A stretch of 64,000 bases of DNA from Nemertoderma westbladi (GCA_032718475.1 JAUCBJ010002302.1:22655-86654), one strand, 5' to 3'; shown: positions 14,001 to 29,000, numbered from the stretch's first letter. The notes: generated by a model not told the origin, from the letters alone. A program made the numbers and translations.

Positions 14001-17000
14001 GGGAGTTGAGTATAGTATGACGTCATTGTTGGGGGAGTTGAGTATAGTATGACGTCATTGTTGGGTGAGTTGAGTATAGTATGACGTCATTGTTGGGTGA
14101 GTTGAGTATAGTATGACGTCATTGTTGGGTGAGTTGAGTATAGTATGACGTCATTGTTGGGGGAGTTGAGTATAGTATGACGTCATTGTTGGGGGAGTTG
14201 AGTATAGTATGACGTCATTGTTGGGGGAGTTGAGTATAGTATGACGTCATTGTTGGGGGAGTTGAGTATAGTATGACGTCATTGTTGGGTGAGTTGAGTA
14301 TAGTATGACGTCATTGTTGGGTGAGTTGAGTATAGTATGACGTCATTGTTGGGTGAGTTGAGTATAGTATGACGTCATTGTTGGGTGAGTTGAGTATAGT
14401 ATGACGTCATTGTTGGGTGAGTTGAGTATAGTATGACGTCATTGTTGGGTGAGTTGAGTATAGTATGACGTCATTGTTGGGTGAGTTGAGTATAGTATGA
14501 CGTCATTGTTGGGGGAGTTGAGTATATAGTCATGCTGCACTCCGACCAACACTTTAATATTTATTCATTCGACTTGTATAATAGATGACACCACGGCCGA
14601 TATTCCAGTTTCTACTAATATGCTCGTTTTGGAGGAAGGGTTGAGAATGAAGTGTGATAAAGTCACCGAGTTGGAGAGTCGTCTTGTGGATAAACTCGCG
14701 TACATTGAGCAGTTAGAGGGAGAACTAGCCCAACGTGATGACGTCATACAGAAAGTTAACGTTAATCTGAAGTCTCTGTGTGATAAAAACAGACGTCTCC
14801 AAGCCGAGGTGAGGCTATTCAAAACTCCTACAATAATAGTTTCATCACCTATACACTATTTGGTTCCTCCATCTAATAATAGTTAGTTCCACCACCGGTC
14901 CACGTACTGTATTCGTTTCAAGATTTCAACATAATATATAGTTCCAACACAATAGTTTTGTTAGTGACTATACTGTTAGTTGTATCGCGTCTATTAAGAT
15001 AAGCCAAAGTCCAAAGTGGCATAATTATTTGTTGGATGGATTTAGGTTGATAACGAAATGCGGGCGAAGAACCAGGCGGTGGAGGAATACTCTCAGTTGT
15101 CTACACGTTATGAGGAAATGGGAGATCGTCTAAGAGACGTTGCCCACTCCGCTAAGACCTCGAAGGATGCGACACAGAAGGAAGCCGATAGACAGCGTGA
15201 CACCGCTGCCGCTACGCTGAAACACATGGAGGAGATGCTGGATGAAGCGAATGCTAAGTTACAAGAGCAAGACGACGTGGTACAAGAGACTGTGCGATTA
15301 TCGGTTGCCATGTCTGAGTTGAACCGTAAGCTGGAAGATTATAAGAAGAATATCAGCGATATAAATAATGAAAAAACCAACGTTGTGCGAAAGTTAGCGG
15401 ATAAGATGCGGGCATTGTCTGTAGTGGAGAAAGAGTTGCAGGATGAGAGGATGAGAGTTGTGGATGCCAAGTGTGAGATAAGTAAGCAGAACCAGACGAA
15501 CCTTAACCTTAGGAAGGAAATTATTCGTGTTTCTACGGAAAACGAAGCTTCGAAACACGAGGTTACAGTTCTTAAAGATAAGGTTAATGATCTAGAGGAT
15601 ACGAAACAAGATTTGAAAGATAATCTTCTTGACCTTGAAAATCGAGTAAATAAGCAGGAAGAAATTCTACACACGAAAGATGAAGAGGTTATTATTCCAA
15701 TAAAGAAAGAATTAAGTGATCTCGCAAAGCGCCTTGTTGAGCTAGAGAGGGAGAAAGATGTGGCCGTTTATGAGCTCGAGCAAATTTCCAAAGATGCCTT
15801 ACGATTAAAGGATCAGTTGGAAGACATTGCATCGGAGAAGGAAGATTTGGTAAAAGCCTTAGAAGTTAGTGAGGAAAGTTTCTGTAATTTCAAGCAGCGC
15901 CAAGATGCCATAGACTCCAAACAACATGCCGAGATTGAATCTCTTACTAAGGAGGTTGAATCGCAGTACGAAGGCATAGCCGTGCTGGAGGAAGAACGAA
16001 ATAATGCGGTCACGGAGCTGCGGGAAATACGGATGAAACTTCAGGATAGCGAGTTAGAAGTGTCCAGGTTGGAGGCCTTCAAGAACATTGCAGGAAGCCT
16101 TAAAGATGAAGTGAAGGAATTAATGTTTGAGAAAGAAAGAAACATGAATGAGCATCTGAGATATTTAAATGAAATGGATATCGTAAAAGATCGTGAAGCA
16201 GGACGAACTGAGGAAATAATTATTTTGCATCAACAACTTAAGACGCTCACAGAAGGTTCAATGAATTCTACTAACGCGGAATTGGTAGAACTGAGAGAAA
16301 ATGAAGTAAAACTTCAAAAGGATAAGGATATGTTGAAGATGAAGTTGGAGAAGTTATTGGAGCGAGATGGGCAGTTGCAGGTGGAACGGATTCGGTTGAA
16401 GGCGGATTTATCTGAGGTCGAATCCGATAAGCGCAACACCGAGGGTATTCTTGTGAAACAGAGGGCGATGTTTGATGAGACGTTGTCCGTGTGTCGAGAG
16501 AAAATCCAAAACCTCGGGGCGGACGTCGGCGAGCTGAACGAACGGCTGGTTCGCGCGGAGGCGGAACGCGAGAGGATGAAGAGCGAGTTGGAGGAGGAAC
16601 GAGGAACGGAGAGACGAGGTTCCGGAGAGGCGAGACGACTGACTCTGGAGGTATCGCGACTGCGGGACTGGGATCGCGAGTTGCAGACCGAGTACGGGAG
16701 GGCCACGCAGGAGATCACCGGACTCGTCGAGGATAATCGGAGACTCCGCGACGAGTTGGATCGGACGACGTCGTTAAACGAGTCGCTGGTGGCGGAGGTG
16801 TACCGGTCGCCCCGTCGCGTTCCGGCGTACGCCGACTCCGGTCGGAGTCCGGAGTCGGAGTCGGCCTCCCCACCGAACCGTCGGTACATCGCCGAACTGC
16901 AGACGGAGTTGGCCACGACAATCGGGAACTACCGGAGTATTCGGGGAAGGTTGGAGCGTTCCGAGGAGACTGTCAGTCGTCAGGCCATCCGACTCAGAAA

Positions 17001-20000
17001 TCTTTGGAGTTGGGCAATGGATCGGTTGTCTGGGAAATCTAAGCAGAAAGGGGTGGCTATTAAATCACTGAGTCAATCAGATGTTACATCCGATATAGGT
17101 AAGTCCCGTTCCCTCCCGTCCCTTTCATTACATTTCATTTCATTACATTACTTTAATTTGGTACCATTTTACGGAATAATATAATGTATGAGGTATACGA
17201 GAGAAAGCAGATATTTATTCATGAAAAAGAAGTACCCAATCATAAAGAAAGCTATTTCAATGATAAATTTACGAATTGCATTTAAATACAATAGATTTAT
17301 TGCCCTGAGTTATAGCCCATTCTGTAGTTTTACTGTAGTGCGATCAAAAACATTCTCTATATATTTGTACCCCGTCCATGAAATGTTTTTTTGTTGCTTT
17401 CTAGACCAACCCAACCAGAAGAGTCTCAACATAAGAACCAGTAAGAGTCTACCTGATTTAACGTTTAGTTTGTTCGGTGTAAATGCCATGGCCGAATCCC
17501 TAAACCCGGCGTCTAGGACCATCTACAACGAGGTTAGTGATAACAACCTTGGGAGTAGGAGTAGCACTTGCCGTGTTTGAACGTGTTTTACTTTCACCGA
17601 TAACTTTCTTTAAGGAACGGCAAAGTTATTGTAGAGCCTAAAACTCTGATGTAAAGAGTGAGCGAGTGATTTGTCATTGTGCAATGTTTCTGACGCATTA
17701 CTTTGTTCAGACATACAAGAAACAAGCGTTGTCAAGGTTACTGGATTTTACCGAAGATTAGCTGACCAAGCGGTAAAACTATACTTGCTGAGCATACTAT
17801 CTAGCAGGCTCAACAAATCACTCAACTGGCGTTTCTGGCAAAAGTTGGAGCATTTATAGAAAATCTGGATGGCACACCTTCTTAGCTGACCAATCAGATG
17901 GCGATAATGCGAGGCTGATAATCAGGCGGGCGATTTTCTGGAGGTATTGACCAATAGGGTTGGTGCGCGAAAAAATTGTTGGGCTATAGAAACAAATGAA
18001 TAAGGGGTAAAAAGGTCCCCTGAACTGAATCGAGTGGCGGAGTGTTTGTTTTGTAAAAACACGAGGGAACGGTCTAAATGGCGGATTTAAGTAAGCGCGG
18101 GAACCCAATTTTGAAAATCGGCCGAAAAATGTTTTCTCTATGGGGAGGGTGAATTTGATCCATTTAAATACACATTTTATCTCAATCATTTCACACGCGG
18201 CTTATATCAATAGAAAGCGGAGAGAGAGTCTTGCGCGTCTACAATTAATTAAATTCATGATCATTAACATTGATAAAATACTGTTTGCAATTTTGCAAAC
18301 TTGGTAGATTGCCTGACCCCGTATGTAAGCACTCACCAACTCAGCCATATCCATTTATTGTTAACCAACCGCTGCTATGTACCACTTTTACGCTACCGCT
18401 GACAAGTACACATTTCAACTTAATGAACTTAAGCTGCAATACAGGAATACTCCGATACTGCGATGCAATAGTTGGATAGGGCTGAGTGGTTGAGTGCTTG
18501 CATACCGGTCAGGCAATCTGCGAGTTTATAATTGTGAATTCATTCATTTTATCAAAGTTCGTCACCATGAATTTAATTAATTGCAGTGTCAAAAGAAGCG
18601 CAAGCCTCTCCGCTTTCTATTGATATAAGCCATGTTTGAAATGATTGAGATTAAATGGGTCGTTCTCACAAAAAGTGGCCAAACTTTTATGTCAAAATGT
18701 CCATGCATTCGCACGGTTATATTTCCAAACGACACAGATTTAACCCCATGAACCTATATACCAATCGGAAGAGCGGAAATCTGCTCATATTTCAGCAAAT
18801 TTTCAACAGATTACATTCACAACCTAGAGAATGACACCATTTCAAATATCGAAAATGCATGTTTTTTGAAATGTCACATTGAATTATTTTTAAATATTTG
18901 GCTTCTGAGCTAAAGTAATGAGAGCAAAGGTTCCACATACCATACATCAAAATAAAGCAAATTTAATGCTCTTTCACATACTATTGGTGGTTTTCAACCG
19001 AAGCTACTCACATTTTATATATTTACTATTTAGTAACAATTAATTACGCCGTCACTAGGATTTTGTCCACCATGTAACGCTCGTTTTTATGACATGGTTT
19101 TTTTATATTTATTCACAACATCTTCAAGTGAGATATTTCTAAACGGCGATTTATTTAGCTATCAGCATGTAAAAAAATTATAAGAATTCGTTCATTAGAA
19201 CTCGAGCATTGTGCGAAAACGTAAATCTACATAAAATACCGTCATTAGGAATGTCCTCAATGTAACGCTACTTTGAATAGCGATAACTTTTGCTTTACTA
19301 ATCATATCGACACCATTGAGGGCTCATATGAAAGAGCAATCGCAGATCTATCGAATCACATATTTGATTTTAATATAGTTTCAAAACAGACTATAGTCAA
19401 CGCCATGCTAATGAAAAATGTCTTCAATGTCCATCATGTAACGCATGTAACGCTGTCACAATCAATAGCGTTACACTTGAGACATGTCCACCATGTAACG
19501 TAGTTGGGCCTGAACATACCTAGCAGTACGAGTGGCGTTTCTTTTTACAAATTAGGCAGTCAGGGTCAAATTAACAATAGTCGATGGTTTCTGGCTTTCA
19601 GTATTTAGTATAAACTACTGTAGTAGTAATATTATCTGTTGTAGTCTGTATTACTTAGTACTAACTACCTAAAGGGTTTAGGAAAAGCTCATGAGTTTGT
19701 TTACCTTTCTTTATTTCGGTTCTAAAACAGTACTTCTTAATCATCATGCAATTACAATTGTCAAACGGAATTAAGCGTGTTGTGTCCGGTAAGAACTTCT
19801 CGATTGAATTTAGTGATGGTGTTACACGTGAAGGACATAGAGAGTAAGTTAGTGATGGGATGGCGTTACACGTGAAGGACTTAGTTACACGTGAAGGACT
19901 TAGAGATTACGTTAGTGATGGGATGGCGTTACACGTGAAGGACTTAGAGGTTAAGTTAGTGATGGGATGGCGTTACACGTGAAGGACTTAGAGATTAAGT

Positions 20001-23000
20001 TAGTGATGGCGTTACACGTGAAGGACTTAGTTAGTTACACGTGAAGGACTTAGAGATTAAGTTAGTGATGGCGTTACACGTGAAGGACTTAGAGATTAAG
20101 TTAGTGATGGCGTTACACGTGAATGACTTAGAGATAAGTTAGTGATAGCGTTACACGTGAAGGACTTAGTTACACGTGAAGGACTTAGTTACACGTGAAG
20201 GACTTAGAGATTAAGTTAGTGATGGGATGGCGTTACACGTGAAAGACTTAGAGGTTAAGTTAGTGATGGCGTTACACGTGAAGGACTTAGAGATTAAGTT
20301 AGTGATGGCGTTACACGTGAAGGACTTAGTTACACGTGAAGGACTTAGTTACACGTGAAGGACTTAGAGATTAAGTTAGTGATGGGATGGCGTTACACGT
20401 GAAGGACTTAGAGATTAAGTTAGTGATGGCGTTACACGTGAAGGACTTAGAGATTAAGTTAGTGATGGCGTTACACGTGAAGGACTTAGTTAGTTACACG
20501 TGAAGGACTTAGAGATTAAGTTAGTGATGGGATGGCGTTACACGTGAAGGACTTAGAGATTACGTTAGTGATGGCGTTACACGTGAAGGACTTAGAGATT
20601 AAGTTAGTGATGGCGTTACAGGTGAAGAAGGACTTAGTTACACGTGAAGGACTTAGAGATTACGTTAGTGATGGGATGGCGTTACACGTGAAGGACTTAG
20701 AGATTAAGTTAGTGATGGCGTTACACGTGAAGGAATTAGAGATTAAGTTAGTGATGGCGTTACACGTGAAGGACTTAGAGATTAAGTTAGTGATGGCGTT
20801 ACACGTGAAGGACTTAGAGATTAAGTTAGTGATGGCGTTACACGTGAAGGACTTAGAGATTAAGTTTGTGATGGTTTTAAGGACTCCGTTAACTATTTTA
20901 TACAATTATTGTTACAATAATATGTATATTCATATTGTATGTATACAATAATACAAACTAAATAATTTGCTGATTTGAAAAATATTATTTTCAGCCATTG
21001 GGTCGATAAATAAATCCGTAAAAAACCCGTATAAATATAAAATAAATCCGTACATGACATTAAAGTGACTGTTGAATTTCTGGTATATATTTTAAATGTC
21101 AAATCTTGGATAATGATTGGCTAACAAGTAGCGTTACATTCGAGACAACGAGTTAGATTGTGGGCGTTCTGTGAAATGAAGGCTGCTGATTGGCTTACAA
21201 GTAGCGTTACACCAGGGACAAGATGTTACATTGTGGACATTAGTTTTTCGCGAATAAAACCTTACGACTTTACTAAAAAAACGGCCCACTAGTGTATTCG
21301 AAATCGCCTCATCGAGAGCTCTCGAAATATGTATATATTTATATGGTTTTGACAAAAAAAAATTTGACAATTTTTTCTCAAAATTTTGGCCACTTTTTGT
21401 GAGAACAACCCAAATATGTATTTGAATGGATCTAAAATTACCCTCCATATAATAAATTATCTGAACACTGCGTAGTGACGTCAAATTTGTAGCAGCCAAT
21501 CACAGCCGATTTTCAAAATTGGCTTCCCGGGCTTACTTAAACCCGCCATTTAGACCGTTTCTTTGTGTTTTTACAAAAAACACACCGCTACTCGATTCAG
21601 GGTTCCTTGTTGTTGTTACCCCTTATTCGATTGTTTCTAGCCCAACAATTTTTTCGCTCACCAACCCTATTATTGGGGAAGGAGCAGCCAGATGTCAGTT
21701 TACATCGCCACTTATTGAATTACTATTGTGCGGTGTAAATATTAGGCGTTAGGCGGCTCCATTATCTATCCAAAGTAATAAAATTTCACTATATTAATAT
21801 TATTAGTTAATTTATTACTAACAACACTATGCATCGTTACAGCTTCCTGAAGTCGTGTCAGCGACGGATAGTGCGGAGGTTATTGCTGATCTTCGCAGCC
21901 AATTGGCGGTTTCTATGGAGAGAGGAGATATCCTAAAGGTGCAATTAAATGACCTTCAACGAGTTATCACTGGTAAGTTTTGGTTGTAAAGAGTTCAATT
22001 ATTTAATAATATCTTCATATAAGTCTGTCTCATTATTATACCTGTGGCGAATGTCTGCATCAGCGGATATCCACGTGATTTCCGCGTCATCCGCACCAAG
22101 CTGACATGCAATATCTATAAGCACCATGTCTAAATATAATGGACAATGCTGCCGTTGTTTGGCAATACACCCTATCCTAAAAAAACACATTTTGAGATAT
22201 TAACCTAAACGCGTTTCCCCTAATTCAACATTGAAGACATTGTGAGAAATCGCCGATATTGGGTCCTATTGGAACTTAACAGGCTAACTTAGATTTTTTA
22301 AATAGAATAGATGGTGAGAGATGACGAAAAAGGGATTAAAGTGATAAAATAAAATTATAGGGTGTTTTGCCATTCAATGTAAGCTGAGTTGTTGGAGATA
22401 GGGTGTTTAACCAGGTTCTGGTTTCAAAGAAACTAGTAAAATCAGTGATTTTTTGTTCTGCCAGCATGTTTTGTAGAGCATTTTGTATCACGTATTATTA
22501 GTTTAGAGCTTGCTGGAGTTGGGGTAGGTGTAAAACGCGGATCCGGATCCGGATCCGGATTCATGATCCGGATACGGATCAGGACCCGGATTTGCGAGTG
22601 TAAAAGGCGGATCCGGATTTACATACAATCCGTAACTGAGTGTAATATGCGGATTCTGAAATACGCAATCCGTATTGCAGTGTATAACGCGGATTCATAT
22701 ATTTTGTGAATCCGGAATGGAGTGTAAAATACGGATTTACGTTAATTACCAAGTTTTAATGGATCCGGAATGGAGTGTAAAACACGGATTTTCGTTAATT
22801 ATCAAGTTTTGTTGGATCCGGAATGGAGTGTAAAACACGGATTTACGTTAATTACCAAGTTTTATTGGATCCGGAATGGAGTGTAAAACACGGATTTTCG
22901 TTAATTACCAAGTTTTAATGGATCCGGAATGGAGTGTAAAACACGGATTTTCGTTAATTATCAAGTTTTGTTGGATCCGGAATGGAGTGTAAAACACGGA

Positions 23001-26000
23001 TTTTCGTTAATTACCAAGTTTTGTTGGATCCGGAAAGGGGTGTAAAACGCGGATTCAATTTATTTACCAAGTGTTACTAGATCCGGGAAGGGGTGTAAAA
23101 CGCGGATTGATTCAGGTTAATTACAAAGTGTTACTGGATCCGGGAAGGGGTGTAAAATGCGGATTTACGTAAATTACTGAGTTTGTTAATGAAGGACACA
23201 ACTATTAATGAGGGACACACATTAATGAGGGACACAAACATTAATGGGGGACACCTTAATAGTTAATAGACACCTTAATAATTTGTCTATGTCTAGGGGC
23301 CACACATAAGCTTAATCCGGCTCTGGGGGACACCTTAATAGGGGTCAATGCTGAATTATTAATAAGGGCGATGGTGATGCTTGGCCATCAGACATTATTA
23401 GATATTGATTAGCTGAAAAACTATACTACCGTGGGAACGTGACCTCTCTGGTAGAGCAGCTCTGTAGACAATTGTATGGTAGGATTACTGTCCTGTTCCC
23501 TGATTGGCTTATCCATCCCAACCTCCCTTACAAACAAGAATCACTGTTCTGCCTAGCTGGCGGTAGTTTGTACTGCATCATAGCGTCTTCTATTTAAGGC
23601 CTTGCAAGCTTGCTGCCTTCCTAATTTATGGAGGCTGAACTGTTAAGTATAATTTCTTATTTAATTTCTTATTAAACATGGATGACAGTGATGACTTTGT
23701 AAAGATTCCATTTACGGGATTCGTTATTCCGAGTCCAACCAATGATACAGCAATTGTTGAGCCGCTTGAACTCACTACGCAAACATCGTGCACCCCGAGT
23801 CCGGAGAAGAAAAAAACCAGGTGTATGCTCCTGGTGTATGCTCCTGGTGTATGCTCCTGGTGTATGCCCCTGGTGTATGCTCCTGGTGTATGCCCCTGGT
23901 GTATGCTCCTGGTGTATGCTCCTGGTGTATGCCCCTGGTGTATGCTCCTGGTGTATGCTCCTGGTGTATGCTCCTGGTGTATGCTCCAGGTGTATGCTCC
24001 TGGTGTATGCACCTGGTGTATGCCCCTGGTGTATGCTCCTGGTGTATGCTCCTGGTGTATGCTCCTGGTGTATGCTCCTGGTGTATGCTCCTGGTGTATG
24101 CCCCTGGTGTATGCTCCTGGTGTATGCTCCTGGTGTATGCTCCTGGTGTATGCTCCTGGTGTATGCTCCTGGTGTATGCTCCAGGTGTATGCTCCTGGTG
24201 TATGCACCTGGTGTATGCCCCTGGTGTATGCTCCTGGTGTATGCTCCTGGTGTATGCTCCTGGTGTATGCTCCTGGTGTATGCTCCTGGTGTATGCCCCT
24301 GGTGTATGCTCCTGGTGTATGCTCCTGGTGTATGCTCCTGGTGTATGCTCCTGGTGTATGCTCCTGGTGTATGCTCCTGGTGTATGCTCCTGGTGTATGC
24401 TCCTGGTGTATGCTCCTGGTGTATGCTCCTGGTGTATGCTCCTGGTGTATGCTCCTGGTGTATGCTCCTGGTGTATGCTCCTGGTGTATGCTCCTGGTGT
24501 ATGCTCCTGGTGTATGCTCCTGGTGTATGCCCCTGGTGTATGCTCCTGGTGTATGCCCCTGGTGTATGCTCCTGGTGTATGCTCCTGGTGTATGCTCCTG
24601 GTGTATGCTCCTGGTGTATGCTCAACGTATACTCCCAATAATTTTTGGGTAGATTAATTTATTATAACTGTAAGACAGTTACACAGATGCTGCACGAAGA
24701 CCCCACGCAAATTGTACTTGGAAAATTTCTAAACTTTTGCCAGACTACATATGTACCAAGTTTGGATATATTTTATCGAGATTTGGCTGAGTTATTAACG
24801 TTTAAAATTGGACACAACAGATCAACAGAACAACAGACACACCGATTGAGTTAGTGGTACCTGTATGCTAAGCTCGCTTACTTTCGTCGCTCGCCCCACA
24901 CTCAATTAAAATTTAAATAATAATTACTTTATTTATATTAAAAATCCAAAATGTTTGATCGTGTTTGTTATTAATTTACATTTTATAAAGATATATCACT
25001 ATATGGTATAACCTTTAAAGGTGGTACACACGGCCACTCTTCTTTTGCGACAGTTTTTTTTAATTAACCGATTTAAAATGCGTATTCCTAATCTGTAAAC
25101 AGTTTTACGATAAGTTGTTTTGTTTTCGATTTATGCCAACATTTGTAACGTTCACTGAACAATTTGTACTCTTACTACTATCTTACTATAAAAGAATTCA
25201 CCGGAATGTGGGGATTAAACTCGGTACATAGAGATTCCAAGTCCCACGCTCTCCCAACTGATCCACTCCGCGCCGATGAACAAAAACCTTAAAACAAAAA
25301 CCCAAGTGGAAATTAACAACACCAACAACGGAGTGAATACTAGAGTTCTCGCTACGGACCTAATGAATACTAGAGGTCTCGCTACCGACCTAATGAATAC
25401 TAGAGTTCTCGCTACGGACCTAATGAATACTAGAGTTCTCGGTACGGACCTAATGAATACTAGAGGTCTCGCTACGGACCTAATGAATACTAGAGGTCTC
25501 GCTACGGACCTAATGAATACTAGAGTTCTCGCAACGGACCTAATGAATACTAGAGGTCTCGCTACGGACCTAATGAATACTAGAGTTCTCGCTACGGACC
25601 TAATGAATACTAGAGTTCTCGCTACGGGGACCTAATGAATACTAGAGGTCTCGCTACGGACCTAATGAATACTAGAGGTCTCGCTACGGACCTAATGAAT
25701 ACTAGAGGTCTCGCTACGGACCTAATGAATACTAGAGTTCTCGCAACGGACCTAATGAATACTAGAGGTCTCGCTACGGACCTAATGAATACTAGAGGTC
25801 TCGCTACGGACCTAATGAATACTAGAGGTCTCGCTACGGACCTAATGAATACTAGAGGTCTCGCTACGGACCTAATGAATACTAGAGGTCTCGCTACGGG
25901 GACCTAATGAATACTAGAGGTCTCGCTACGGACCTAATGAATACTAGAGGTCTCGCTACGGACCTAATGAATACTAGAGGTCTCGCTACGGGGACCTAAT

Positions 26001-29000
26001 GAATACTAGAGGTCTCGCTACGGACCTAATGAATACTAGAGGTCTCGCTACGGACCTAATGAATACTAGAGGTCTCGCTACGGACCTAATGAATACTAGA
26101 GGTCTCGCTACGGACCTAATGAATACTAGAGGTCTCGCTACGGACCTAATGAATACTAGAGGTCTCGCTACGGGGACCTAATGAATACTAGAGGTCTCGC
26201 TACGGACCTAATGAATACTAGAGGTCTCGCTACGGACCTAATGAATACTAGAGGTCTCGCTACGGACCTAATGAATACTAGAGGTCTCGCTACGGACCTA
26301 ATGAATACTAGAGGTCTCGCTACGGACCTAATGAATACTAGAGGTCTCGCTACGGGGACCTAATGAATACTAGAGGTCTCGCTACGGACCTAATGAATAC
26401 TAGAGGTCTCGCTACGGACCTAATGAATACTAGAGGTCTCGCTACGGGGACCTAATGAATACTAGAGGTCTCGCTACGGACCTAATGAGTACTAGAGGTC
26501 TCGCTACGGACCTAATGAATACTAGAGTTCTTGCTACGGGGACCTAATGAATACTAGAGGTCTCGCTACGGGGACCTAATGAATACTAGAGGTCTCGCTA
26601 CGGACCTAATGAATACTAGAGGTCTCGCTACGCGGACCTAATGAATACTAGAGGTCTCGCTACGGACCTAATGAATACTAGAGGTCTCGCTACGGACCTA
26701 ATGAATACTAGAGGTCTCGCTACGGACCTAATGAATACTAGAGGTCTCGCTATGCGGACCTAATGAATACTAGAGGTCTCGCTACGGACCTAATGAATAC
26801 TAGAGGTCTCGCTACGGACCTAATGAATACTAGAGGTCTCGCTACGGACCTAATGAATACTAGAGGTCTCGCTACGGACCTAATGAATACTAGAGGTCTC
26901 GCTACGGACCTAATGAATACTAGAGGTCTCGCTACGGACCTAATGAATACTAGAGGTCTCGCTACGGGGACCTAATGAATACTAGAGGTCTCGCTACGGG
27001 GACCTAATGAATACTAGAGGTCTCGCTACGGAACTAATGAATACTAGAGGTCTCGCTACGGACCTAATGAATACTAGAGGTCTCGCTATGCGGACCTAAT
27101 GAATACTAGAGGTCTCGCTACGGACCTAATGAATACTAGAGGTCTCGCTACGGACCTAATGAATACTAGAGGTCTCGCTACGGAACTAATGAATACTAGA
27201 GGTCTCGCTAAGGGGACCTAATGAATACTAGAGGTCTCGCTAAGGGGACCTAATGAATACTAGAGGTCTCGCTACGCGGACCTAATGAATACTAGAGGTC
27301 TCGCTACGGGGACCTAATGAATACTAGAGGTCTCGCTACGGACCTAATGAATACTAGAGGTCTCGCTACGGACCTAATGAATACTAGAGGTCTCGCTAAG
27401 GGGACCTAATGAATACTAGAGGTCTCGCTACGGGGACCTAATGAATACTAGAGGTCTCGCTACGGACCTAATGAATACTAGAGGTCTCGCTACGGACCTA
27501 ATGAATACTAGAGGTCTCGCTAAGGGGACCTAATGAATACTAGAGGTCTCGCTACGGGGACCTAATGAATACTAGAGGTCTCGCTACGGACCTAATGAAT
27601 ACTAGAGGTCTCGCTACGGACCTAATGAATACTAGAGTTCTCGCTACGGACCTAATGAATACTAGAGGTCTCGCTACGGACCTAATGAATACTAGAGGTC
27701 TCGCTACGGACCTAATGAATACTAGAGGTCTCGCTAAGGGGACCTAATGAATACTAGAGGTCTCGCTACGGGGACCTAATGAATACTAGAGGTCTCGCTA
27801 CGGACCTAATGAATACTAGAGGTCTCGCTACGGACCTAATGAATACTAGAGGTCTCGCTATGCGGACCTAATGAATACTAGAGGTCTCGCTACGGACCTA
27901 ATGAATACTAGAGGTCTCGCTACGGACCTAATGAATACTAGAGGTCTCGCTACGGACCTAATGAATACTAGAGGTCTCGCTAAGGGGACCTAATGAATAC
28001 TAGAGGTCTCGCTACGGACCTAATGAATACTAGAGGTCTCGCTAAGGGGACCTAATGAATACTAGAGGTCTCGCTACGGGACCTAATGAATACTAGAGGT
28101 CTCGCTACGGACCTAATGAATACTAGAGGTCTCGCTACGGACCTAATGAATACTAGAGGTCTCGCTAAGGGGACCTAATGAATACTAGAGGTCTCGCTAC
28201 GGGGACCTAATGAATACTAGAGGTCTCGCTACGCGGACCTAATGAATACTAGAGGTCTCGCTACGGGGACCTAATGAATACTAGAGGTCTCGCTACGGAC
28301 CTAATGAATACTAGAGGTCTCGCTATGCGGACCTAATGAATACTAGAGGTCTCGCTACGGACCTAATGAATACTAGAGGTCTCGCTACGGACCTAATGAA
28401 TACTAGAGGTCTCGCTACGGACCTAATGAATACTAGAGGTCTCGCTATGCGGACCTAATGAATACTAGAGGTCTCGCTACGGGACCTAATGAATACTAGA
28501 GGTCTCGCTACGGACCTAATGAATACTAGAGGTCTCGCTACGCGGACCTAATGAATACTAGAGGTCTCGCTACGGACCTAATGAATACTAGAGGTCTCGC
28601 TACGGACCTAATGAATACTAGAGGTCTCGCTACGGACCTAATGAATACTAGAGGTCTCGCTACGGACCTAATGAATACTAGAGGTCTCGCTACGGACCTA
28701 ATGAATACTAGAGGTCTCGCTACGGACCTAATGAATACTAGAGGTCTCGCTACGGACCTAATGAATACTAGAGGTCTCGCTACGGACCTAATGAATACTA
28801 GAGGTCTCGCTACGGACCTAATGAATACTAGAGGTCTCGCTACGGACCTAATGAATACTAGAGGTCTCGCTACGGACCTAATGAATACTAGAGGTCTCGC
28901 TACGGACCTAATGAATACTAGAGGTCTCGCTACGGACCTAATGAATACTAGAGGTCTCGCTACGGACCTAATGAATACTAGAGGTCTCGCTACGGACCTA

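Larger units (their letters stand above)
17952..21671. mobile_element. Palindromic fold-back element (~1 kb) interrupted by a TIR transposon
   Basis: 17952-18400 is the reverse complement of 18470-18656 plus 21412-21671 (e.g. aattttgaaaatcggc / gccgattttcaaaatt; tatatcaatagaaagcggagag / ctctccgctttctattgatata); related fragment at ~42913-42971. Confidence 0.7.

Noticed and set aside
23626-24657. Six overlapping ORFs in all frames
   Set aside because: The 13 bp unit lacks stop codons, so every frame is open by construction
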